64,000 nt of DNA from Bacteroidales bacterium (GCA_028690215.1 JAQVBQ010000007.1:13232-77231); one strand, 5' to 3'. Numbered from the stretch's first letter, positions 17,853-28,695 are shown. The notes: generated from the sequence alone by a model not told the origin. Translations and numbers: made by a program.

Positions 17853-20359
17853 TTTATACTTTTCTTCCCTTTTATCTCAAAAAATATTCCAAGAATTAAA
17901 AGCAGTATCAGAAGCCCTGATGCCAGACTAGAATACATAGCCCCTTTAACAATCGATTCCGGCATATAGTTGAACTCTATCTCATGTTCTCCAGCAGGCA
18001 ATTTCAGAGCTCTGAGAACATAGTTGGCACGTAATATTTCTGCCTGTTGCCCGTCTATTTTGGCACTCCATCCTGCAGGATAATATACCTCACTGAAAAT
18101 AGCCAACCCCTCTTCAGAGGATCTGCTTTTATATGTCAACCTGTTAGGTGAATACGATGTAAGGATTATCTCATTTCCAAGATCACTCTGTTCCGCCATC
18201 TCTGCGGCAGGAGACTCCTCCGCCTTAGTGAATGTAAGTCCGGATAACTGCTCCTTGAAATTCTCCTCTACCACGGCAGCTCTCTTCAGATCAACCTGAC
18301 CAAGCATAGAAATCTCTCCTTCGGCACCTTTTGCCCAGACAAGTGTATCTGCAAACCACGCATTGCCCATTGCTCCGCTGTTACGAAGAGGAGGGTTTGC
18401 ACCATTAACAACAATATAACGGGTATTAAGCATATTAAGGACCATATAGTTGCCAAGTCTTGACTCTGCCTCCTCAATGGTTGTTGAACCCTTAATGTCA
18501 TTACCTATCTTCTGAATTTCAGGAATTATATAATAATCAATCAGATCCTGATATCTCTGCAGTTTTGCCGGGCTGTAACCCCCGATTGTCTTATGGTGAT
18601 AGCTAACATGAGAGTCGTTGAATGTATTGACACTTAAATCCAGAACCCTGTAATCAGGATCCTTGTCCTGAAGAATCAGCTCATCGACTGGTCTTTTTGC
18701 ATACTGATCCTTGAACTGTGTATTAGAGACAAAGTGCGAATCGTTAAGGTATCGTTTGTCGACAGCCCAAAGATCAACTATAACCAATAGCCCGAGAATT
18801 ACATATAAATACGATCTTTTTAGCTTATTAGCTATTGTAAGCCAAAGTGCTCCGGCAGCCAGTACTATAAAGGCAAATGATCTGAATGCATCGGCACTCA
18901 ACAGCGACATTCTGTCCTGTATAAGAGAGCTCCTAAGCTGCTCAGGAAGCTGTCCGTCTGATGGGGAAACGAAACTACCGGCAAGCGAAGGCATCAAAGC
19001 AACCAATAGAGAGAATCCTGCGGTTATTACAAGCGAAATAACTATCCCCTGTTTTACCTTTTTCTGATCATACTCCCCTTTCAAAAGCCTGTCAACTGTC
19101 ACAAACGCAAGAAGAGGGACAAGAACCTGCAATATGACAAGTATCATTGACACCGTGCGGAACTTGTTATAAAGCGGTGCATACTTGAAGAAAAGCTCTG
19201 TGAAGAAGAGAAAATGTGAGCCCCACGAGAGGAGAACGGCAACAAGAGAAACCCCGGCAATCCACCATTTCATAGATCCCGGAACAAGCATCAGTCCCAA
19301 TATGAAGAGGAATATAGATATGGCACCGATATACATCGGACCTGCAGTAAACGGCTGCGGTCCCCAGTAGAGAGGCATTTGCTTTATAACATTGTCTGCA
19401 TCCTGATATCCTGCATTCTTGAATACCTTATAAGTCTCTGAACTCTTGGATAACTCACCCGCAGAAGAGCCTCCGTTATAGTTTGGAATCATAAGGTTCG
19501 GCAACTCCTGCGGACTGTATGACCACTGTGTTGCATAGGCGATGTCCAGCCCCCCGTTCTTATCTCCCTGCTTGTTTGCTGTAAGCTCAGAGCCCCCGCG
19601 CATTGTATACTTCGAGTACTCGTATGTAGGCCAGAGATGGTTGATATTAGAGGCAATACCGAGCAGACCGGCAAGAAGAAGGAAACACGATGTTTTGAAG
19701 AACTTCATAAAGCTCTTCTCTTTAATCGAATTGTAAAAGAGTGCTATCACATAACCTATGATAATTATAGCAAGGTAATAGGTTATCTGGGGATGGTTTG
19801 CCTTTATCTGGAAACTGAGGGCAAAGGCAAACAAAATTGCTCCCAGAATTGGCTTTTTCCTGTATGCGTACGCAACTGCGGCTATAACCCAAGGCATAAA
19901 GGCGATAGCAACCATTTTTGAATTGTGTCCTACCTGGATAATCTGTGGATTATATGCACAAAGCGTTACCGCTATGGCTCCTATCAATGACAGCCATATA
20001 TTCACACCAAAGGCAAGAAACATTAAAAACGCCCCTGCCATGCTTATCAGAAGATAGCTTGGTGGCCTGACTCCAACAAAAAACATTTTGTAGAGATAAT
20101 CCGTAAAGTCACCTTCATAAATTACAGAAATTGAAGTTGCCGGCATTCCAGAGAACATAGAGTTGGTCCAAAGAGCCGGATCTTTGTCCGGATTGGCCTC
20201 GTTGTACTGAATTATCTCGTTTGCCATACCTCTCCATGAGGCGATGTCTGACTGGTTGACAACTTTTCCGCTGAAGACCTGCGGAGTGAAAAAATATGCC
20301 AATACCACGAATGATGCAACAGCTATCAGATAAGGTATGTACTGCTTAAAATTCTTCAT
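17849..20359 (-). CDS. YfhO-family polytopic membrane protein (putative GT-C glycosyltransferase)
   Basis: WTNSMFSGMP, ANHPQITYY, GGYSPAKL and SEVYYPAGW..A..RANYVLRA motifs; many TM segments. Confidence 0.85.
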   Translation of the reverse strand: MKNFKQYIPYLIAVASFVVLAYFFTPQVFSGKVVNQSDIASWRGMANEIIQYNEANPDKDPALWTNSMFSGMPATSISVIYEGDFTDYLYKMFFVGVRPPSYLLISMAGAFLMFLAFGVNIWLSLIGAIAVTLCAYNPQIIQVGHNSKMVAIAFMPWVIAAVAYAYRKKPILGAILFAFALSFQIKANHPQITYYLAIIIIGYVIALFYNSIKEKSFMKFFKTSCFLLLAGLLGIASNINHLWPTYEYSKYTMRGGSELTANKQGDKNGGLDIAYATQWSYSPQELPNLMIPNYNGGSSAGELSKSSETYKVFKNAGYQDADNVIKQMPLYWGPQPFTAGPMYIGAISIFLFILGLMLVPGSMKWWIAGVSLVAVLLSWGSHFLFFTELFFKYAPLYNKFRTVSMILVILQVLVPLLAFVTVDRLLKGEYDQKKVKQGIVISLVITAGFSLLVALMPSLAGSFVSPSDGQLPEQLRSSLIQDRMSLLSADAFRSFAFIVLAAGALWLTIANKLKRSYLYVILGLLVIVDLWAVDKRYLNDSHFVSNTQFKDQYAKRPVDELILQDKDPDYRVLDLSVNTFNDSHVSYHHKTIGGYSPAKLQRYQDLIDYYIIPEIQKIGNDIKGSTTIEEAESRLGNYMVLNMLNTRYIVVNGANPPLRNSGAMGNAWFADTLVWAKGAEGEISMLGQVDLKRAAVVEENFKEQLSGLTFTKAEESPAAEMAEQSDLGNEIILTSYSPNRLTYKSRSSEEGLAIFSEVYYPAGWSAKIDGQQAEILRANYVLRALKLPAGEHEIEFNYMPESIVKGAMYSSLASGLLILLLILGIFFEIKGKKSIK

Positions 20360-20369
20360 CTTTTCAATT

Positions 20370-21671
20370 TTATATTATCTCGTCAAGTAAAGCGGACATT
20401 CTTCTGCAAAGTCCCTCTCTTGAGTAGTTTTCAATTTTGCCCGAAGGTATATATATTTCTCCTTTCTTGTACAAGTCATACTCTCTCTCAATCCATGCCT
20501 TTGCCCCGGCATAATCGGAATAGTCAAACATGGCTCCGGCTTCACACTCCTTCAATGCAACATCCATATCTCCCCCGATAGGGCCAAAACTCAGTATAGG
20601 GCGGCGTGCAGCCAGGTATTCGAAAAACTTACCGGTAAGGATGCCTTTGGCTTCCGGTTCCTGTCCCCCTGCCAATAATAAGACCCTCGCCCTTTGTTGC
20701 CATTTCACCACCTCATTATGTGGCATATAATCCATATTGACCAGATAGTTGTCAAGAGCATTTGCAGAGATCTCCTGCCAGACAGAATTGTCAGTGTGAC
20801 CAATGATTCTTATTGTCAGATCCTCACTGAATCCGGGAACCTCCCGTATCATCTCACCAAGAATTCTCCATAAAACTGACGGATTCCTGTCTTTAACAAA
20901 AAGACCTGTATAGGTTATCGTGAACTTATCCTCAACCTTTTCCCTGAGATTCTCAAAGTCTGAGGCATCATAGCCATTTGTGATAACCTCAATTCGTCCC
21001 GGCCCGAGTTCAAGGAACTCATCTCTCATTAGATTGGTTACAACCACAACTGCATCTGCACTCCTGACCACATTCCTCTCCATTCTTCCATGCAGAAAAG
21101 TTGTCAAAAATGTGTTATTCATATATTTGAAAGTATACATCTTTGTCCATGGATCCCTGAAATCTGCAATCCATCGGATGTTCCTTCTTTTTGCCACAGC
21201 CTTGGCAATCATATGCATAGAGTGCGGAGGACCTGTACTTATGATAGCATCCACCGGATTTTCGGCAAGGTATCTGTTGAGAAACCTTATCGATGGTCTT
21301 ATCCAGAAACACTTAGGATCCGGGATGAATATATTGCTCCTGATAAAGAGAGATAGTTTCTCAGTAAACTTTCCCTTCCCTCCTTTCGCCTCCTGGGCGA
21401 TAAAGCCTGGCTTGATGCTCTCCCCTCTCTTTCCGGTCAGAATCTTATAAAGATTATAGGGCTCCAGAATCTTTCGCCTGATTATCGTAGTTCCGGAAGG
21501 TATCTCTGAAAGCAGTCCGGGATCCTGTGCCATATACTCCGGGTTTTCCGGGGTGTAGACAATCGGTTCATACCCGTACTTTCTGAAATACTTTACAAAT
21601 TTCAGCCATCTCTGAACACCGGAACCTCCTGCGGGAGGCCAGTAATACGATATTATCAGGATCTTTTTCAA
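20370..21671 (-). CDS. Glycosyltransferase family 4 protein
   Basis: TTG start; YYWPPAGGSGVQRWLKF, STGPPHSMH, WIADFRDPW and GKFFEYL. Confidence 0.88.
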   Translation of the reverse strand: MKKILIISYYWPPAGGSGVQRWLKFVKYFRKYGYEPIVYTPENPEYMAQDPGLLSEIPSGTTIIRRKILEPYNLYKILTGKRGESIKPGFIAQEAKGGKGKFTEKLSLFIRSNIFIPDPKCFWIRPSIRFLNRYLAENPVDAIISTGPPHSMHMIAKAVAKRRNIRWIADFRDPWTKMYTFKYMNNTFLTTFLHGRMERNVVRSADAVVVVTNLMRDEFLELGPGRIEVITNGYDASDFENLREKVEDKFTITYTGLFVKDRNPSVLWRILGEMIREVPGFSEDLTIRIIGHTDNSVWQEISANALDNYLVNMDYMPHNEVVKWQQRARVLLLAGGQEPEAKGILTGKFFEYLAARRPILSFGPIGGDMDVALKECEAGAMFDYSDYAGAKAWIEREYDLYKKGEIYIPSGKIENYSREGLCRRMSALLDEII

Positions 21672-21677
21672 AGCAGA

Positions 21678-22829
21678 TTATTTTGCGATAAAGATATTGT
21701 ACAGAGCATTTATCACGTCTCTCTGAATGACTGTAAAGCCGTTCTTGTATACAGGAGGACAACCGTTAGTAATCATGACAATACCAAATTTACTTTCAGG
21801 GTTGAAGAACATCGCACTGTAAACACCATAGGCAGAACCTGTGTGACCGGTCATTACCTCACCCTCAATCAGGTTGGTGGCCTTCTCGAGAGCCATGCCG
21901 TAACCTATATTCTCATTTACTTTCACAATCGGAGTCTGCATCATTTTTGAGCTCTTCTCCGATATTATCCTTGTCTTTCCGGACTTGCCGTAATTCATGT
22001 GCATTATCATATAACGGGCAAGATCGCGGGCTGAAATCTTTATGCCTCCTGTAGGTGAGAAGAGCGGTGTGCTGTAACCCATTACATAGCCGTTTTGTAT
22101 GTCCTCCGCCCTGCTTCTGTATGCTGCCGGCTGCGGTCCCCATACACCATTGTCGTCATTCCCGTATAGAGTTACAAATCTTGAAGCATCAAGAGAGTCT
22201 ACATTGTATCCTGCATAGAGTCCCAAGGGTTTAATGACATTGTTTCTTACATAGTTGTCAAACCTTACACCTGAGACCTTCTCCACAATTGTGCCTATAA
22301 TGTTATAACCCAGATTGCAATAATCGTACTGAGTGCCCGGAGCATAGTCGTGATATGCCTTTATGTAGTTTTCTCCCTTATCCGGATTGACAACATCCAG
22401 TGAGAAATATCCGGCAGCATCCTGAAGGCTTGAAGTATGAGACAGAAGCATCTTTACTGTAATGGGAATCTCCGGAAACTTCGGGTTACGAACCCTGAAG
22501 CCAATAAGCTCACTTACATCCTGATCCGGATTAACCAGCCCCTTATCTACAAGAGTCATCAACGCAGTTGTTGTAAAGGACTTGGAGATTGATGCAATTC
22601 TGAAAATATCGCTCTCTTTCAGATCGGTATTGTTTTCAATACTCTTTTTGCCAAAAGATTGCGTGTATATTACTTTTCCATTTTTAACAACGGCAACAGC
22701 AAGGCCGGTTGCATTGTTATCTTTCATAATCTGCTGTAACTGAGCAGCAGCCATGCTCTCCTTTTTCTCCTTGCCGAATGCGGCAGATGAGATAGTCAGA
22801 GCGATCAGAAGTGACGGAATAATTTTCAT
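21678..22829 (-). CDS. Serine hydrolase, beta-lactamase/PBP-like family, secreted
   Basis: SxxK (ASISKS), LLSHTS, YCN and GHTG motifs. Signal peptide from ATG 22829; the ORF-track TTG lies inside the promoter element. Confidence 0.88.
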   Translation of the reverse strand: MKIIPSLLIALTISSAAFGKEKKESMAAAQLQQIMKDNNATGLAVAVVKNGKVIYTQSFGKKSIENNTDLKESDIFRIASISKSFTTTALMTLVDKGLVNPDQDVSELIGFRVRNPKFPEIPITVKMLLSHTSSLQDAAGYFSLDVVNPDKGENYIKAYHDYAPGTQYDYCNLGYNIIGTIVEKVSGVRFDNYVRNNVIKPLGLYAGYNVDSLDASRFVTLYGNDDNGVWGPQPAAYRSRAEDIQNGYVMGYSTPLFSPTGGIKISARDLARYMIMHMNYGKSGKTRIISEKSSKMMQTPIVKVNENIGYGMALEKATNLIEGEVMTGHTGSAYGVYSAMFFNPESKFGIVMITNGCPPVYKNGFTVIQRDVINALYNIFIAK

Positions 22830-22856
22830 TTTATGATTTTTTTGAGGGAAATTATA

Positions 22857-22877
22857 CAAAGATAATATCTATTTTTG
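22857..22877. promoter_or_regulatory. Back-to-back divergent -7 elements (serine hydrolase and mutS)
   Basis: TATCTTTG on minus (22857-22864) and TATTTTTG on plus (22870-22877). Confidence 0.65.
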
Positions 22878-22882
22878 TAAGG

Positions 22883-25474
22883 ATGAACGAGGATAAAAAA
22901 ATAGTAGAGACCCCATTAATGAAGCAATACTTCTCCGTGAAATCCAAATATCCGGAGGCGATTCTTCTTTTCAGAGTGGGGGACTTTTATGAGACATTCG
23001 GAGAGGATGCAATAACTGCATCTAAAGTGCTTGGGATAGTGCTTACAAAAAGGGCAAATGGCTCTGCACAACATGTTGAGCTGGCAGGCTTTCCACATCA
23101 TGCGATAGATACATATCTTCCTAAATTGGTCCGGGCCGGGCATAAGGTTGCAATATGCGATCAGCTGGAAGATCCAAAACTTACAAAGAAGATAGTAAAA
23201 CGGGGAATCACAGAACTGGTGACACCCGGAGTGGCATACAACGACCAGCTTCTCTCTCACAGGGAGAACAACTACCTTGCAGCGGTATATTTCGAAAACG
23301 ACAAGGCAGGAGTTGCATTTCTCGATATCTCTACCGGCAGCTACAGAGTAGCCTCAGGCCCGCTGCCATATATCGAGCTGCTTCTTGCCAGTCTCGCTCC
23401 TAAGGAGATTCTTATGCAAAAAAGTTATCAGAGAGGATTCGAAGAGCGTTTTGGGAAAGAGATCTATGTCTCGACTATGGACGAATGGGCCTTTGTAACC
23501 GACTCTGCTTACGAGAAGCTTCAAAACCATTTCGGAGTCAAAAGTCTTAAGGGTTTTGGAATTGATAAGCTCCCGTTGGCCGTCACTGCTGCCGGGGCAA
23601 TACTATATTATCTGGAACTGACAAGACATGAGGGTCTTAGCCACATCTGCTCTATTTCAAGAATTGATGAGGGCGAGTTTGTCTGGATAGACCGGTTTAC
23701 ATTCCGGAATCTTGAAGTTTTCAACAGCGCTGCAGAAAACGGCTCCTCCCTGATAGATGTCGTCGACAAGACAAGCTCCCCTATGGGGGCAAGATTGCTC
23801 AGGAACTGGCTCTCCATGCCCGTTAAGAGCGTAGACGAAATCAGCCGCAGGCATAACATAGTTGAAAAATTCCTGACCGAAGGTGAAAGCAGGGAGAAAA
23901 CAAGAGCACTGTTAAGGGAGATCGGGGATCAGGAGAGAATAATCTCAAAGGCAGCAGCCGGAAAGGTCACTCCGAGAGAGGTCGTTCAGCTCCGCAGAGG
24001 ATTGGAACACACCGGACCCTTAAAAGAGATTTTGAATCAACTTGGAATAGAAGAACTCACAAATATCTCTTCAGAGATTGACCTATGTGAGGATCTTCTC
24101 GAAAAACTCCGGAGAGAGTTGCTTGCGGAACCTGCAGGACAGATCGGCAAGGGAGATGTCATTGCAGACGGGGTAAGCGAAGAGCTTGACTCTCTCAGGA
24201 ACATCGCCCGTCACGGAAAGGAGATATTGGAAAAGATTCAGGAGAGAGAGGTTGAGAGAACCGGCATCTCTTCGTTGAAGATAAGCTACAACAATGTATT
24301 CGGCTACTATCTCGAAGTCCGCAATACACATAAGGACAAAGTCCCGCCGGAGTGGATACGCAAACAGACACTTGTAAGCGCAGAGAGGTACATTACTCAG
24401 GAGCTCAAGGAGTATGAAGAGAAGATCTTGGGTGCAGAGGAGAAAATCCTGAACCTGGAGAGTTCCCTGTTTCTGGGTATAATAGAACAAATACGGAGAA
24501 GCATCCCCGTGATGCAAAAAAATGCTGCCCTGATTGCAAAAATTGATGTACTGGCCGGTTTTGCCGAGCTTGCCGGAAACAACAATTACCACAGGCCTCA
24601 GGTAACCCTCGATAATAAAATTACAATCAGGAACGGCCGGCATCCCGTTATTGAGACACTAATGTCTCCGGGGGAAGAGTATATACCGAACGACCTCTAT
24701 CTTGACAACGACACCCAACAGATAATAATCCTCACTGGACCAAACATGGCCGGTAAGAGTGCTCTTCTAAGGCAGACTGCCCTTATAGTACTCCTTGCAC
24801 AAACCGGTTCCTTCGTACCTGCAGAGTCGGCCGAAATAGGCATTATTGATAAGATTTTCACCCGCGTGGGTGCCTCGGACAATATCTCAAGGGGAGAGTC
24901 GACATTCATGGTTGAGATGCTGGAAACCGCCACAATCCTGCACAATCTTTCGGACCGTTCACTGGTTCTTCTCGATGAGATAGGGAGGGGAACAAGCACA
25001 TATGACGGCATGTCAATTGCCTGGGCTATAGTTGAATATATCCATGAACACAAGGAGTTTCATGCCAAGACTCTATTTGCAACACATTACCACGAACTGA
25101 ATGACCTTGAGGATCTGTTCCCTCGGGTTAAAAACTACCACATAGCAGTCAAGGAGGTTGATAACAGAGTGATTTTCCTGCGAAAGCTTCTTCCGGGAGG
25201 TGTGGCACACAGCTTTGGAATACATGTGGCAAAGATGGCCGGAATGCCGCAGGATGTGGTAAAGAGGGCCGAAAGGATACTTAAACAGCTCGAAAAAAAG
25301 GATGAGACAAATGCTGCAGACAGCTCACATCCGGTGCAACTCTCCTTTTTTCAGCTTGAAGATCCACTATTGGTCAGTATAAGGGATGAACTCCGTGAAA
25401 TGGATATCAACTCCATGTCTCCGCTCGATGCATTCGACAAATTACGGGCTCTGAAGAAAAAAATAGGGTTATAA
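22883..25474 (+). CDS. mutS: DNA mismatch repair protein MutS
   Basis: TPLMKQY, FRVGDFYE, Walker A TGPNMAGKS, STFMVEM, DEIGRGTST and ATHYHEL. Confidence 0.98.
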   Translation: MNEDKKIVETPLMKQYFSVKSKYPEAILLFRVGDFYETFGEDAITASKVLGIVLTKRANGSAQHVELAGFPHHAIDTYLPKLVRAGHKVAICDQLEDPKLTKKIVKRGITELVTPGVAYNDQLLSHRENNYLAAVYFENDKAGVAFLDISTGSYRVASGPLPYIELLLASLAPKEILMQKSYQRGFEERFGKEIYVSTMDEWAFVTDSAYEKLQNHFGVKSLKGFGIDKLPLAVTAAGAILYYLELTRHEGLSHICSISRIDEGEFVWIDRFTFRNLEVFNSAAENGSSLIDVVDKTSSPMGARLLRNWLSMPVKSVDEISRRHNIVEKFLTEGESREKTRALLREIGDQERIISKAAAGKVTPREVVQLRRGLEHTGPLKEILNQLGIEELTNISSEIDLCEDLLEKLRRELLAEPAGQIGKGDVIADGVSEELDSLRNIARHGKEILEKIQEREVERTGISSLKISYNNVFGYYLEVRNTHKDKVPPEWIRKQTLVSAERYITQELKEYEEKILGAEEKILNLESSLFLGIIEQIRRSIPVMQKNAALIAKIDVLAGFAELAGNNNYHRPQVTLDNKITIRNGRHPVIETLMSPGEEYIPNDLYLDNDTQQIIILTGPNMAGKSALLRQTALIVLLAQTGSFVPAESAEIGIIDKIFTRVGASDNISRGESTFMVEMLETATILHNLSDRSLVLLDEIGRGTSTYDGMSIAWAIVEYIHEHKEFHAKTLFATHYHELNDLEDLFPRVKNYHIAVKEVDNRVIFLRKLLPGGVAHSFGIHVAKMAGMPQDVVKRAERILKQLEKKDETNAADSSHPVQLSFFQLEDPLLVSIRDELREMDINSMSPLDAFDKLRALKKKIGL

Positions 25475-25491
25475 CTTAATTAAAGGGGGCT

Positions 25492-26763
25492 ATGATAAAA
25501 TTATACAGAAAGATTACGGTGATCCTCAAACTTATATTCGAGAGTATATCTTTTGCATACGGGTCACTCAAAGGAGACAAATTCCGCACATTCCTCTCCC
25601 TCTTCGGGGTAAGTATCGGAATATTCTCAATTGTGACTGTCTTCACAGCCATTGATGCCCTCGAAAGCAATGTTGCTAACGGACTGAAGAGCTTCGGTGG
25701 AAATACCCTTTATATTCAGGAGTTCCCATGGTCTCCCCCTGAAGGAGAAGAGTACAAATGGTGGGAGTATCGCAAAAGACCGGCACCGAAACTTGAGGAG
25801 TTCAGGTTTATCAAGGAGAACAGCAAGAACTCCGAAGCTGTCGCATTCGTAATCTTCACCTCAAAAAACATACGTTACAAGAGGAACTCATTCAACAGCG
25901 GCTTCATAACTGCTCCTACAAGCGACTGGGACAAGATTTCCAATGTCGAGATTGACAACGGCCGCTATTTCTCAACATTCGAGTCTCAAACCACAACGCC
26001 TGTTGCTGTTATAGGAAATGCTGTAGCTGAGGCACTATTCGAAGGGGAGGACCCGGTCAACAAAATCATCAAGGTTGGGTCAAGCAATGTCAAGGTAATC
26101 GGAGTAAATAAAAAAGCCGGGGAGAGTATTGTGAACATTTTCGATACCGACAACTCCATAACCGTACCATACCGTTTCATGAGCACACTTGTAAATGCAA
26201 GGAATACAGATGCCATGATCTGCGTAAAGCCATTTGATACTGCTGACAGGGATGAGTTTATATCAGAGATGAGGCAGCTGATGAGGGCGGTCAGGAGACT
26301 CAAGCCAAACCAGGCAGACAACTTTGCTCTCAACGAGATGACATTTCTCCTTAACCAGACCAAAAGCATATTCGGAGGAATAAATCTTGCCGGTTGGATT
26401 ATAGGCGGCTTTTCAATCCTGATTGGCGGGTTCGGTATAGCCAACATAATGTTTGTATCTGTCCGGGAGAGGACAAATCTTATCGGTATTCAGAAAGCCC
26501 TCGGCGCCAAAAGGTACATGATACTTACACAATTCCTGGCAGAGGCAGCCTTTCTCGCACTTGCAGGAGGAGTAATAGGAATAATAATGGTTCTGGGTGT
26601 GGTTCTTGCCACGAAAGGAAATGAGGCATTTCCTATGGCACTCAGTGGCTACAACATATTCAGAGGACTTATCATCTCTTCGGTTATCGGAATTGTGGCA
26701 GGCTTCATACCGGCATACACCGCAGCACGCCTCAATCCTGTTGATGCGATAAACTCCAAGTAA
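25492..26763 (+). CDS. ABC transporter permease, MacB/FtsX family
   Basis: RTFLSLFGVSIG, GGFGIANIMFVSVRERT..IGIQKALGA and PAYTAARLNPVDA. Confidence 0.9.
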   Translation: MIKLYRKITVILKLIFESISFAYGSLKGDKFRTFLSLFGVSIGIFSIVTVFTAIDALESNVANGLKSFGGNTLYIQEFPWSPPEGEEYKWWEYRKRPAPKLEEFRFIKENSKNSEAVAFVIFTSKNIRYKRNSFNSGFITAPTSDWDKISNVEIDNGRYFSTFESQTTTPVAVIGNAVAEALFEGEDPVNKIIKVGSSNVKVIGVNKKAGESIVNIFDTDNSITVPYRFMSTLVNARNTDAMICVKPFDTADRDEFISEMRQLMRAVRRLKPNQADNFALNEMTFLLNQTKSIFGGINLAGWIIGGFSILIGGFGIANIMFVSVRERTNLIGIQKALGAKRYMILTQFLAEAAFLALAGGVIGIIMVLGVVLATKGNEAFPMALSGYNIFRGLIISSVIGIVAGFIPAYTAARLNPVDAINSK

Positions 26764-26798
26764 GGATTACCTGCAAATAAAACAAAGTATTGTAGGGT

Positions 26799-27599
26799 CT
26801 ATTTTTTACTACAAGTTAATATTATAGTAAGCTCGACAAACTCGTCAACAGAGAGTTGCTCCGGTCGTTTTGCAAACAGAGGAGATTCTGCAGAAAAGCC
26901 CGGAGTTGATGGAAACAGTGACTTAACTGAGTTACGTATTGTTTTCCTTCTTTGGTTGAAAGATGTCTTGACAACTTTTTTGAACATATCCTCATCACAA
27001 CCCAGTGAGGTTCTTCCGTTTCTCTTCAACCTTATTACTGCCGATTTAACCTTTGGCGGCGGATTAAAGACATGCTCATCCACGGAGAAAAGATATTCAA
27101 TATCATACCAGGCCTGTAGCAGTACTGAAAGTATCCCGTAATCCTTGTTCCCCGGAGGAGATGCCAGCCTCTCGGCAACCTCTTTCTGAAGCATGCCGAC
27201 CACCATCGGAATCCTCTCCCTGTATTCGAGAACCCTGAAAAAAATCTGAGATGAGATATTATACGGGAAATTCCCGATTACCAGAAACTCTCCGTCAAAT
27301 ATCCCTTCAAGCTCCATTTTTAGAAAATCTCCCTCAATAATCCTACCCTTCAATTCAGGAAAATTCCTCTCAAGATAGACCACAGACTCTCTGTCTATCT
27401 CTGCGACCTTAATATCAAGATCGCTCCTGTTAATAAGAAATTGGGTCAAAACACCCATTCCCGGGCCAACCTCAAGTGTGTTCCATCTCTTACCGGAATC
27501 ACTCACACCATCGACAGAGAGGCTCTCCACTATCCGGGAAGCAATCTTAAGATCCTTAAGAAAATGCTGTCCCAATGCTTTTTTCGGAGTTACATTCAT
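26799..27599 (-). CDS. rsmA: 16S rRNA dimethyltransferase RsmA/KsgA
   Basis: KKALGQHFL, EVGPGMG, GNFPYNISS, QKEVAERL, FNPPPKV and FNQRRKT. Confidence 0.97.
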   Translation of the reverse strand: MNVTPKKALGQHFLKDLKIASRIVESLSVDGVSDSGKRWNTLEVGPGMGVLTQFLINRSDLDIKVAEIDRESVVYLERNFPELKGRIIEGDFLKMELEGIFDGEFLVIGNFPYNISSQIFFRVLEYRERIPMVVGMLQKEVAERLASPPGNKDYGILSVLLQAWYDIEYLFSVDEHVFNPPPKVKSAVIRLKRNGRTSLGCDEDMFKKVVKTSFNQRRKTIRNSVKSLFPSTPGFSAESPLFAKRPEQLSVDEFVELTIILTCSKK

Positions 27600-27612
27600 G
27601 GCACAAAGCTAC

Positions 27613-28695
27613 TTATTTTTTAACAGGATTTTGCCACATTTTGTTTATTGAAAGCACTATCGGCAGATGGTCGCTTATACCGCCGTTATATCTTGGCCCG
27701 GTCAGGCAGCGGAATGGCTTCTTTCCAAGGTAAATCCTGTCCTCTTCAAGTAAAAATTGCGGCTTATAAATTCTCATCGCTCCGTCAGGACAGAAGAGAG
27801 GCTCTTTTTCATCAAGAAGATTTAAAGAGATAATGAACATATCGATAAGCTCCCACTCACTCTTATACTTTATAGTCCCCACCCCTTTTCTGTCAAGCAG
27901 AGCGGCGAGGTTCACAAGAGGCCGGTTCCCTGGAGAGTTAATAACAGTACTTCTAAAAAGCTGCGATTCGGGAGTGTCATTGAAGTCTCCCATAATTATA
28001 ATGTTTGCACGAGAATTTACCGCAAGTATTGAATCACAAACCCTCCTCAGCGTCCTGGCTGCAGATTCTCTCTTAGGCCCTGAGACCGATTCTCCGCCCA
28101 GTTTTGAGGGCCAATGGTTGACAAAAACATGAATGGTGTCCAAATCTTCCAATACACCCTTTGCATATAGAATAAGCCTCGTTTTTAAAGACGAATCCCT
28201 GTTCGAAACACAATAGAAGGCACTCTTCAAGGGTCTGAACAATGATTGCTTGTATAGCAGGGCCACATCAATACCTCTTTCATCCGGGGAATCCCTGTGA
28301 ATAACAGAGTAATCAAGCATCGCCAGAGGAGAGGATCTCACCAGCTGCTCAATCACAAAGCGGTTCTCAACCTCTGCAAATCCTATAAGGGCCGGATAGT
28401 TCTCCCCTGCCAACGAGATAATGACTTTAGCTATATCATTCCTTTTCTTTACAAACTTCTTCCAGCTCCAACGTTTCTCGCCTGTCGGGGTGAACTCGTC
28501 ATCAGAGGTGGCAGGGTCGTCAAAGGGGTCAAAATAGTTTTCCAGATTCCAGAAAACAACCTTATAAACCTCCCTGCCACTTATTTCCTCAGACACACTT
28601 TCTGTAGGTTGCCCGGCTAAGAGTAATAAAATCTTCACAAGAACAAAGTGCCATAAAACAGATTTAGCACCAGATAGAAACACAAAATAATTCAT
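27613..28695 (-). CDS. Endonuclease/exonuclease/phosphatase family protein
   Basis: WNLENYFD, EVEN, DERGIDVAL, NHWPS, MGDFND and SDHLP. Start codon uncertain. Confidence 0.88.
   Translation of the reverse strand: MNYFVFLSGAKSVLWHFVLVKILLLLAGQPTESVSEEISGREVYKVVFWNLENYFDPFDDPATSDDEFTPTGEKRWSWKKFVKKRNDIAKVIISLAGENYPALIGFAEVENRFVIEQLVRSSPLAMLDYSVIHRDSPDERGIDVALLYKQSLFRPLKSAFYCVSNRDSSLKTRLILYAKGVLEDLDTIHVFVNHWPSKLGGESVSGPKRESAARTLRRVCDSILAVNSRANIIIMGDFNDTPESQLFRSTVINSPGNRPLVNLAALLDRKGVGTIKYKSEWELIDMFIISLNLLDEKEPLFCPDGAMRIYKPQFLLEEDRIYLGKKPFRCLTGPRYNGGISDHLPIVLSINKMWQNPVKK

Noticed and set aside
24083-24643. 186-aa antisense ORF in mutS and the many other 60-160 aa shadow ORFs in the track
   Set aside because: They lie wholly opposite or out of frame to well-conserved genes and show no recognisable motifs.
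25492-26763. ABC permease with no adjacent ATPase
   Set aside because: Stand-alone MacB/FtsX-type permease genes are common in Bacteroidetes; the partner is probably encoded elsewhere.
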